DNA of 64,000 bases from Verrucomicrobiota bacterium (GTDB lineage Bacteria > Verrucomicrobiota > Verrucomicrobiia > Opitutales > Coraliomargaritaceae), in NCBI GenBank assembly GCA_039815375.1, contig JBCBZJ010000008.1, positions 48,393 through 112,392 of the forward strand. The letters run 5' to 3'. The translations under genes and the position numbers were made by a program. The notes under the pieces are model-generated. The model was given only the letters and a program-made list of their open reading frames with translations, did no database searches and was not told the DNA's origin. Below are positions 13,948 to 21,057 of this stretch, in pieces (positions within the stretch are counted from its first letter, which is position 1; every line of letters starts with the position of its first letter).

Positions 13948-14357
13948 CTTTCTATCAGCTTCAGGGCCTCCCGCGCATTCACGATTCGAACGCCCCCAAC
14001 TTCTTTCAATTTCAGCAAGTCGTTCTTATCACCCGTCACCAGCAAGTCTGCACCACCTTCGACCGCAGTTGCCAGTATCCAGTTATCATCCGGATCGGAT
14101 GATTCGGTCCTCGGCTTAGCGATACCTATAATCTCCGCCATCGCATCGATATTCTCAAGCAGCAGACTCGCTTCCATCGGCTTGATGTAAGGCTTGAGCT
14201 TTTCATAGCCCAACACGCGCCGCAACTCATCGATCTGCCAGCTTGAAGTGACCAATTCAAACTGTCCGGCCTCCCATGCGAGGTAGAGCTGGTCGGGTGG
14301 AGTGTCTTTGGTCAGCAAGGCACTGACCAAGACATTCGTATCAAGCACCAGCTTCAC
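13944..14357 (-). CDS. PIN-domain toxin (type II TA)
   Basis: VLDTNVLVSALL, DPDDNWILATA, LVTGDKNDL. Confidence 0.92.
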   Translation of the reverse strand: MKLVLDTNVLVSALLTKDTPPDQLYLAWEAGQFELVTSSWQIDELRRVLGYEKLKPYIKPMEASLLLENIDAMAEIIGIAKPRTESSDPDDNWILATAVEGGADLLVTGDKNDLLKLKEVGGVRIVNAREALKLIER

Positions 14358-14577
14358 GCGACCATTCGATGGCTTCGCTAATGGCAGCTTCGATCAACTC
14401 GGGTGGAGTGTCTGCATTCCGCTCCTTCACAGTGTCCACCGTTTCCCGGAAAAGCGCCTGCCGCACCGCCTGATCGACGAACTTGGACAAATCGCCCTTC
14501 TTCGCCCCCCGCATCGCGAGATGCGTGCGCACCATCCGGTTCGTCTTTTCAGGAATGACTAAAGTCCATCGGCTCAT
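14341..14577 (-). CDS. Ribbon-helix-helix antitoxin (78 aa; start 14577)
   Basis: MSRWTLVI beta strand then KGDLSKFVDQAV helix; overlaps the PIN gene start. Confidence 0.8.
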   Translation of the reverse strand: MSRWTLVIPEKTNRMVRTHLAMRGAKKGDLSKFVDQAVRQALFRETVDTVKERNADTPPELIEAAISEAIEWSREAGA

Positions 14578-14619
14578 ATACGCATAATCATATAAGCATA
14601 CAAAAGAAGTCAAGCCTCC

Positions 14620-14670
14620 CGAAAAGAACGTCCAGTTCCTCCTCGCGCAAAAGCTCGCCAAGGGCCGTCG
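14620..14670 (+). repeat. atpC 3' end, diverged copy 2
   Basis: Reads EKNVQFLLAQKLAKGR versus EKNVQFLLAQKMAKGR in atpC. Confidence 0.95.
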
Positions 14671-14673
14671 CAG

Positions 14674-14730
14674 GTCGGGCTCGTTATCCTTAACGAGCCC
14701 GAGCGGATTGATAAGGATATCAATCCCTAC
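14674..14730. repeat. Inverted pair of GTAG-type REP elements (REPIN-like) 2
   Basis: 14674-14699 GTCG-GGCTCGTTA-TCCT-TAACGAGCC; 14705-14730 (minus) GTAG-GGATTGATA-TCCT-TATCAATCC. Confidence 0.8.
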
Positions 14731-14747
14731 CAGATAAACTCATTTTC

Positions 14748-14780
14748 AAAAACGCGGTTTCGAAGGACACCGCGTTTTTT
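14748..14780. terminator. Second copy of the atp terminator, abutting the methyltransferase stop codon
   Basis: AAAAACGCGGTTTCGAAGGACACCGCGTTTTTT; one loop change relative to 13835-13867. Confidence 0.9.
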
Positions 14781-14782
14781 GT

Positions 14783-15592
14783 TTAAGCGATGCAAGCGAT
14801 TGATCGGACCAACAGTTCAGTAGTTTTTCCGCGTCTGGCGGAATCTGAAGCTAAGACAGTTGCTCTAGAGAGTGAATCTTTTATCCAACAGGTATTACCG
14901 TATAAATTTCTTACGGCTGCGTGATCTGCGTTAGATATAACTATTTTTGCCCCAGATTCAGCAAGTTGAGTTAACATGTTTGCTAAGCGTTCTTGATCTT
15001 CCCAAGAGAAAATCCGCTCGTTGTATTTTACGAAAGCGTTGTTATTATGCTTAACTGTGTATGGGGGGTCGACATAGATCACGTCACCTTCTTTGTAATG
15101 GGATAGTGTGACCTCAAAGTCATCGTTGATGAAAGTCACTCCTTTTAATGCTGACGAAATTGCTGAAAAGTCATCATCCGGTAGCAGAACAGTATTTTTA
15201 GTTCCTTTGGGCACATTGAATTCTCCTCGGAGGTTTACTCGGTATAACCCATTAAAGCATGTTCGATTTAAATAAATCATTCGGGCCGCTTGTGAGTAAA
15301 TGCCTCTTGGAGCATTAGATCTTACCTGATAATAATAGCTATCTGAGTGTTTCTCGGCATGCGCCTTAAGATGCTTTCTTACCAAAGTTGGATTATTCTT
15401 TAGCGCTAAGTAAGTGTTGATAAGCTCCTGGTTATAATCACCTAGAATACCTTTAGAGGGAAGCACGGTGAAAAAAACAGCCCCACTGCCAACAAAAGGC
15501 TCAATGAACCGGCCACTAAACTCGGGAATGAGTTCGCGATGGTTCGACATTAACCAGCGCTTTCCCCCTGCCCATTTGAGAAATGGCTTCAC
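14783..15592 (-). CDS. Dam-family (D12 class) N6-adenine DNA methyltransferase
   Basis: KPFLKWAGGK, EPFVGSGAVF, NGLYRVNLRGEFNVP, DPPY. Confidence 0.95.
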   Translation of the reverse strand: MKPFLKWAGGKRWLMSNHRELIPEFSGRFIEPFVGSGAVFFTVLPSKGILGDYNQELINTYLALKNNPTLVRKHLKAHAEKHSDSYYYQVRSNAPRGIYSQAARMIYLNRTCFNGLYRVNLRGEFNVPKGTKNTVLLPDDDFSAISSALKGVTFINDDFEVTLSHYKEGDVIYVDPPYTVKHNNNAFVKYNERIFSWEDQERLANMLTQLAESGAKIVISNADHAAVRNLYGNTCWIKDSLSRATVLASDSARRGKTTELLVRSIACIA

Positions 15593-17916
15593 ACTATAGC
15601 TCCTTCAGCAGAATCCACACTTTCGAGATCTGATATGCGACCAACGAATTCCTCATAAATGAAGTCAATATACTCGAACTCGTTTAATTTATACTGACGC
15701 ATCTCAGTGGCATGAGCAGGCTTTCTGCGAAGCTCATTAACTCGTTCCATCCATTTCAGATTTTTAGATAATCCCTTCTCTCCAGGTTCAGGAATATTGA
15801 AATATTCTTTAAATACAGGCCAGTTGGATTTACTCTCAACGACTTTTTTGTATTCAATAAAGTCTAGATAATTATCCAGAGACAAGCGCACTTCAGGGTC
15901 GTCCTCTAATGACTTTTCATAGGCACGTGTCTTGATCCTCTTATCAGAGATACCGTTGTCCCAGTAAGACTTCAGTCCGTGTATACTAATCAACGTCTCG
16001 AAGATAGTTTTGTGAACTAGTATATTCAACTGCTTAAGCTTATGATCGGCATCAGCGGTTCTTTCCTCTGATTGCTCTTGCTGCCAATCTTCGTATCCTT
16101 CGGGAGTAAAATCATTATGGGTCTGCTGAACAAGAGAACATAATCGGTAATAGTATTCTCGTGGTCCACCGGCTCCAAATTGCACCTTAAATTTTGCTTC
16201 TACTTGTATATCGGTCGTATTCGCGAACCATTCAGTCACTGGCTCGAGATATTCTTCTATCTCGGATAATAGATCGGACTCAGAACATTCTCGTGCATTA
16301 ATTGCCTTCTCTGATTCCATATATCCAATTATTGAGCCTAGTAGCATTATATGGGCTTGAATCGCTACGTTTGTGCAATACTGGCCGGATTTTCCGATTC
16401 GCCATTGGTGTGGGTTCGCACTTTCTAAAATTGAAAAATATGAGTTTAGGACTGTATGCGCTCGCTGCAGAGTTTCCTGATCGGTAAGGCCAGATAATGG
16501 CCCAGGCTCATATTCTTTTCTCCGGAATATCGAGCCCACAAGTCTTGAGCGTCTTATGCCATCCTTGATCGCGGGAACAGTTAAGCATGTGGTTTCTGTC
16601 GGCGGTATGCCTTGTTGGGTTACTCGATTGTAAAGCGGTTCGCCGACATCTGTATTCATGAGGCCAATAAGTCTAGCTGCAATAGCTCCGATTCTTTCCC
16701 CCGGATTTTCTGAGCCCCATTTTAACTCACCTTCGAGATCATCAAGTAAGGTCTTGGGGACTGGTTTCTGTTGCGAATTGATCTGAACAAACAAATTAGC
16801 CTCCTCTTCTTGTTTTAGTTTCTCAAAAGCGATGACAAATATGTTCTGATCTAAAAACTTATTATCAAGTGGAGCGTAACCGTAAAGGCGATGCTGGCCG
16901 TCAATTATCCATGCGGATCGATACTTATTTGGCAGTATCAGTTTTCCAAATTTAACAGCGCTGCTTGGATCATCGCTTAGTTTCTCAAACTGACATTTAT
17001 CAGTGAAGTTTAGGAGAATGTTGTTTGGAAAAAAACCTCCATCATGGATGAATTTTGATACTTGCCTCAGTCGTGTTCTCTTTACCAAGCGTTGATATGT
17101 TGGTGCTCCGTCTGGGTCATTTAGAGATCGATGGTTAACAAAAGCTATTTTTAGCATTTGCCGAGGAGTTGATACGAAAGAGTAGTATTTCTTACCGCCT
17201 AGCACTCCCTGAACTGCTGGAATCTTTATGCCATCCATCTCTGGGATCTTTTGGTTTTTGAGATATTCCGCTAAGAATTGGAAACGCGCAGCTGAACGTA
17301 GGTGCTCCGAGATCTCTAAGAAATACCTTAGCTCACGTTCAGTTAGAATATTTATATTCTGGCCCTTCGCGCGCTCTTTATCGGGAACGCTCCATACAAT
17401 ATTATGCGTGACAAAGAACCAAAGGATCTTGGGCTTAAAGTCGGTGCCGTAATGCTTCTTTATCGCATTGGCTATAGGTTTCTTGAGGTTAGAGAACTCG
17501 TCGATATCTTTCTGGAGGGATTTTCGAACGACTTTGTTTGCCGATTTACATTCCATAACCAGCACTGTCTCGTCGTCTTTTGCGAAGACATCTATTTGTT
17601 TCTCTAGCGGCTGTGCTCCCTTTCGTTCAATTCGTATTTTAAATTGCCTTCCACTTGAGATCTCCGGATAGCCCAACAAATATAATAGATACCAAGCCTT
17701 GTTTTCTACAATTTCGTCGATCTTGCGTGGCCTTCTTAAACGTGTTTTAAGCTTAAGTTCTTCTTCAACCTCCCACCCCTCATTAACGTGCTCTTCTACA
17801 AGAGACTTTTTTACTGATACTACCTCGTTTGGCTTTCTGCGTTTGGCGGCTTCTCTCTTGATTGAAGCACTGTTTGTCAGTAACGGGCCTATGTAATCAG
17901 TTGTTATTCGAGGCAT
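15589..17916 (-). CDS. DGQHR (DndB-like) domain protein with N-terminal PD-(D/E)xK nuclease-like and C-terminal HEPN-like domains
   Basis: IDVFAKDDETVLVMECK; YQR...FPNNI...IIDGQHRL...FVQINSQQKPV; C-terminal ELRRKPAH (R-x4-H). Confidence 0.85.
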   Translation of the reverse strand: MPRITTDYIGPLLTNSASIKREAAKRRKPNEVVSVKKSLVEEHVNEGWEVEEELKLKTRLRRPRKIDEIVENKAWYLLYLLGYPEISSGRQFKIRIERKGAQPLEKQIDVFAKDDETVLVMECKSANKVVRKSLQKDIDEFSNLKKPIANAIKKHYGTDFKPKILWFFVTHNIVWSVPDKERAKGQNINILTERELRYFLEISEHLRSAARFQFLAEYLKNQKIPEMDGIKIPAVQGVLGGKKYYSFVSTPRQMLKIAFVNHRSLNDPDGAPTYQRLVKRTRLRQVSKFIHDGGFFPNNILLNFTDKCQFEKLSDDPSSAVKFGKLILPNKYRSAWIIDGQHRLYGYAPLDNKFLDQNIFVIAFEKLKQEEEANLFVQINSQQKPVPKTLLDDLEGELKWGSENPGERIGAIAARLIGLMNTDVGEPLYNRVTQQGIPPTETTCLTVPAIKDGIRRSRLVGSIFRRKEYEPGPLSGLTDQETLQRAHTVLNSYFSILESANPHQWRIGKSGQYCTNVAIQAHIMLLGSIIGYMESEKAINARECSESDLLSEIEEYLEPVTEWFANTTDIQVEAKFKVQFGAGGPREYYYRLCSLVQQTHNDFTPEGYEDWQQEQSEERTADADHKLKQLNILVHKTIFETLISIHGLKSYWDNGISDKRIKTRAYEKSLEDDPEVRLSLDNYLDFIEYKKVVESKSNWPVFKEYFNIPEPGEKGLSKNLKWMERVNELRRKPAHATEMRQYKLNEFEYIDFIYEEFVGRISDLESVDSAEGAIV

Positions 17917-17947
17917 GTATGTAGATTTTCTTTTTTGCGTTACATGT

Positions 17948-17989
17948 CAAGGTGCTGATCTCGCTCGCCAAGGTGCTGATCTCGCTCGC
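17948..17989. repeat. Perfect 2 x 21-bp tandem repeat (CAAGGTGCTGATCTCGCTCGC)
   Basis: Units 17948-17968 and 17969-17989, each with one GATC. Confidence 0.95.
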
Positions 17990-18168
17990 GACGAATGTCT
18001 AAATCAACCTATGATGCGACTTCCGTATTCAGTAAGAATTCAACAGGCGCGTGCTTGGATGCTCCTTAAGAGTGTGAGCTTTAGATATTGGAGTTATTCT
18101 CTCGAATGCTCATATTGTGCCTCCGTCGGAAAAGCTCAACGGAGCACCTTTGCGAACCTGAGGTTGCA

Positions 18169-18561
18169 TCATACAAGCACTTCGAATTCGGTGAATCTCT
18201 TTAAGGCCTTATCGAAAGTCTGTGTTTTTGAAACGCCTTCATGCTTCGCGCGAAGTGCGACGATATGCTCGGGCAAATCACCTTTTTTACGGCTGCGCCG
18301 AATGGCTTCGGTCAGGAGACTGCCATGCTCAATTTTGAATCGGGTATCCGCAGTCACGCTCTCCAGAACAGATAGAATTTCGGATTTAGTGAGTTCATAG
18401 GCGGACAAGACCCATGCGGTCTCGATAGCAATGACGAGGGATATCCAGATGGGCTCGCCTCGACGATGCGCCTTGTTTAGCTCGGCGCGGGCGATAGCGA
18501 GTTGAGCTGGATCATCTTCGGTCAAATGCCGAATGAGGACATTCGTGTCCCACGCCTTCAT
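18169..18561 (-). CDS. vapC: VapC-family PIN toxin
   Basis: DTNVLIRHLTEDDP, ETAWVL, TFDKAL. Confidence 0.9.
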   Translation of the reverse strand: MKAWDTNVLIRHLTEDDPAQLAIARAELNKAHRRGEPIWISLVIAIETAWVLSAYELTKSEILSVLESVTADTRFKIEHGSLLTEAIRRSRKKGDLPEHIVALRAKHEGVSKTQTFDKALKRFTEFEVLV

Positions 18562-18815
18562 GAGTTCTTGAAGGACTTCACTGCTCCGGCTTTCGCCGCC
18601 GCTTTCATTTCTTCAATAGAGAGCCGCTTCTTGCGCTTCATGAATTTGGCGGCGGCACCGTCGCTGACCATAGGAGTTGACTGCTTCTGAAGAACGATTT
18701 TCCCAGCCTGGTTCGATTCGAATTTCACCTGATCTCCTTTATGCAGATTCAATTGCGTTCGAATTTGCTTGGGGATCGTGATCTGGTGTTTGCTTGTAAT
18801 CGTTGCAGTAGCCAT
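18558..18815 (-). CDS. AbrB/MazE/SpoVT-family antitoxin
   Basis: ATITSKHQITIPKQIR..L.L..GD.V.F signature; ATGA overlap with the toxin. Confidence 0.92.
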   Translation of the reverse strand: MATATITSKHQITIPKQIRTQLNLHKGDQVKFESNQAGKIVLQKQSTPMVSDGAAAKFMKRKKRLSIEEMKAAAKAGAVKSFKNS

Positions 18816-18816
18816 G

Positions 18817-18850
18817 CCTTACAATTTGGTAATATGTAAGGAAATGTCAA
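18817..18850 (-). promoter_or_regulatory. TA promoter (-35 TTGACA) with inverted-repeat operator CCTTACA-N11-TGTAAGG
   Basis: Inverted repeat at 18817-18823/18835-18841; TTGACA on minus strand at 18845-18850. Confidence 0.7.
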
Positions 18851-19254
18851 GTGGCCCTTGTCCAATCTTCAACCGTGAGTCCGGCGACTCGACCGAACTC
18901 TTTTGTGTTGTTGGTAACAAGAGCCATGGAATGTGCACGTGTGATGGCGGCGATGAAGACATCTTTCGGGCCGATGGGGTCGCCGCGTTGGGCGAGGTCG
19001 GTTCGGATGTTAGCGTAGTGTGGGCTGACTTTGGCGTCGAAGGGGAGTCTTGCGAAGGGTTTCACGAAGGCTTCGATCTTGGCTGCGTTCTGCGCTTTTT
19101 GCTGACTGCGGCTTACGTCATAGAGCAACTCAGCGTAAACGATTTCCGGAATGTAGATGTCTTTCGGCCGGACACTTTGCAGGCGTTCCCGAATAGCTGG
19201 ATGGCTGCCCTTCAGGTAGTAGATGATGCTATTGGTATCCAAACAATACTTCAT
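18847..19254 (-). CDS. vapC: VapC-family PIN toxin
   Basis: YCLDTNSII, IGPKDVFIAA, LVTNNTKEFGRVAGLTVEDW. Confidence 0.93.
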   Translation of the reverse strand: MKYCLDTNSIIYYLKGSHPAIRERLQSVRPKDIYIPEIVYAELLYDVSRSQQKAQNAAKIEAFVKPFARLPFDAKVSPHYANIRTDLAQRGDPIGPKDVFIAAITRAHSMALVTNNTKEFGRVAGLTVEDWTRAT

Positions 19255-19487
19255 AGCGCTTCGCGGGGGCTATCGGCTACGTTGTCCAGATCGTCGTGCT
19301 GCTTGAACTCGGGGTCCTTGATGCTCCCGAAGAGGCTGAAATAGTCCTCCGGCCAGATCTGCCCGTCATCGGCAGCTGCGCTCAACTGTTCGCAGGCCCA
19401 GCTCGACAGAGAACGATTGGCCCGTTTCGCCGCGAGTTTGGCTTTTGCCTGTGTCTCTTCGTCGATGTAAATGGTGAGTTGTGCCAT
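19251..19487 (-). CDS. CopG/RHH-like antitoxin
   Basis: MAQLTIYIDEE...SLSSW...WPEDYFSLFGSI; ATGA overlap with vapC. Confidence 0.85.
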   Translation of the reverse strand: MAQLTIYIDEETQAKAKLAAKRANRSLSSWACEQLSAAADDGQIWPEDYFSLFGSIKDPEFKQHDDLDNVADSPREAL

Positions 19488-19615
19488 GAATAGAAAGCTA
19501 GTGTGACATAAGAGTATTACAAGTATAAGTGCACATATAATTGTATTTCCCGTAAGTTTACATACAGGTTTTCAAAGTCTTGCATCAGCAACGCCGTTAG
19601 CCAATCTCTCGCAAA

Positions 19616-20548
19616 ATGGATATGGAAGAAGAAATTGAGACTGTTGTTGAAGCCGCCGAAGAGATGGCTGCTACCGCTGAAACCATGGCCGAGGCTGCTG
19701 CTCCTGTGGCAGAGCCTGCGAGTGCGGGCATCGATCTCGAAGCGATCCTGCAATTGATCGTAGAGAAGATTTCCGAATACGGACTGAGCCTTTTAGCCGC
19801 AGTTGCAATTTTTGTGATCGGTCGACTGATCGCAGGCTTTCTTACCTCGAAGCTGCGCAAGTTACTTGAGGCGCGCAAGGTTGAGCCATCGCTGGTTGGC
19901 TTTGCTGCGTCCATGACACATGCGCTGTTGATTGTAGTGGTTTTGATTGCTGCATTGGGTCAGCTCGGGATCCAGACGACTTCTTTCGTGGCCATCATCG
20001 GTGCGGCAGGCCTTGCGATTGGCCTGGCTCTGCAGGGTTCGCTTTCCAATTTTGCGGCAGGCGTCCTGATTCTGGTTTTCAAACCCTACCGCGTTGGTGA
20101 CTACGTTGTTGCGGGTGGTGCCGAGGGTGTGATCGAGGAAATTGGAATCTTCACGACAACGCTGGTCACACTGGATAACCGCACTCAGATCCTTCCGAAT
20201 TCGATCGCCACCAGTGGTGTTATCGAAAATTACTCGATCAAGGGCATACGCCGTCTCGATCTTGTAGCCGGTGTCAGTTACGGTGATGACATCGTCAAGG
20301 TGAAGAAGATTCTCCACGAGATTATTGATAGCGAACCAAGAATTCTGACTGAGCCATCGCCACGGATCGGCTTGATGGAAATGGCGGACAGTTCAATCAA
20401 TTTTGCCTTTCGTCCATGGGTGAAAGTGGAGGACTATTTCGACCTCTTCTTTGACCTCCAGGAGCAAATCAAGATCCGCTTCGACGAAGAAGGTATTACA
20501 ATTCCATTCCCGCAGCGCGATGTGCACCTCTTCAAGGAAGAGGCTTAG
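19616..20548 (+). CDS. mscS: Small-conductance mechanosensitive channel with acidic N-terminal extension
   Basis: GAAGLAIGLALQGSLSNFAAG, KPYRVGD, IPFPQRDVH. Confidence 0.95.
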   Translation: MDMEEEIETVVEAAEEMAATAETMAEAAAPVAEPASAGIDLEAILQLIVEKISEYGLSLLAAVAIFVIGRLIAGFLTSKLRKLLEARKVEPSLVGFAASMTHALLIVVVLIAALGQLGIQTTSFVAIIGAAGLAIGLALQGSLSNFAAGVLILVFKPYRVGDYVVAGGAEGVIEEIGIFTTTLVTLDNRTQILPNSIATSGVIENYSIKGIRRLDLVAGVSYGDDIVKVKKILHEIIDSEPRILTEPSPRIGLMEMADSSINFAFRPWVKVEDYFDLFFDLQEQIKIRFDEEGITIPFPQRDVHLFKEEA

Positions 20549-20614
20549 CCTTAACTCCGCAGAATGTTTTGCACCCTTGTATTTGCTGAGTAAGCCCGCT
20601 ATCTTAAACCGACT

Positions 20615-20926
20615 ATGATCGATCTCGTTAAGAAAACGATGCTGGCCGGCGTAGGTCTGGCTGTCGTGACAAAGGACAGGGTTCTTGAGTCACTGGATGA
20701 ATTGGTAGAGAAGGGCAAGCTGACCAAAGAGGAGGCAGCTGAGATGTCGGACAAGATTGTTGAGGAAGGCAAAGTCGAAACCGAGAAAGCGAAGGTTGAG
20801 GCAAGTAAGCTCTTCAAAGAGATGTTGCACCGCGCCAATGTCGTGACTCAAGACCAATACGACGAGCTGTCTGCCCGTGTGACTGAGCTTGAGGGACGTC
20901 TCAACAAAGAGTTTCCGAATGAGTAG
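20615..20926 (+). CDS. Phasin-family protein
   Basis: KKTMLAGVGL...DELVEKGKLTKEEA pattern; adjacent to an ABC1 kinase. Confidence 0.75.
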   Translation: MIDLVKKTMLAGVGLAVVTKDRVLESLDELVEKGKLTKEEAAEMSDKIVEEGKVETEKAKVEASKLFKEMLHRANVVTQDQYDELSARVTELEGRLNKEFPNE

Positions 20927-21057
20927 TATAGTTCGTTGAATGTTGATGGTTGTTCGATGGCAATTTCCGAAGGTAGGAAATTGCTTGCCCTAAGCCTTTG
21001 TTGCATCGGTGAGAATCCTGTAGACCTGAGGACAGGTTTCCCTAGCTTGGAACCAAA

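Larger units (their letters stand above)
13870..19560. mobile_element. Accessory defence/TA island downstream of atpC; no integrase seen; boundaries approximate
   Basis: Eight minus-strand TA/defence genes, duplicated atpC end and terminator, REPs, visibly AT-richer core at 14783-18170. Confidence 0.7.

Noticed and set aside
14578..14661. N-terminal extension of the antitoxin ORF in the track (MASFCARRNWTFFS...)
   Set aside because: It is the antisense reading of the atpC duplicate plus the promoter; the real start is more likely 14577
13873..14730. REP hairpins as CRISPR repeats
   Set aside because: Inverted doublets with different sequences, no repeat-spacer periodicity, no cas genes
15589..17916. 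DGQHR gene as dndB of a phosphorothioation cluster
   Set aside because: No dndA/C/D/E in the window, and the protein carries additional N- and C-terminal domains
17965..17977. 13-bp match TCGCCAAGGTGCT to atpC 13597-13609 as a third att-like site
   Set aside because: Matches of this length are expected by chance in 64 kb, and it spans the tandem-repeat junction
18130..18170. Integron attC-like ends (ATGCAAC...GTTGAGC on the minus strand) after vapC
   Set aside because: Far shorter than attC sites, no L boxes, no repeats after other cassettes, no integron integrase
17915..19344. Plus-strand ORFs 17915-18400 and 18769-19344
   Set aside because: Antisense to vapBC genes; the QGADLAR peptide repeat only reflects the 21-bp DNA repeat
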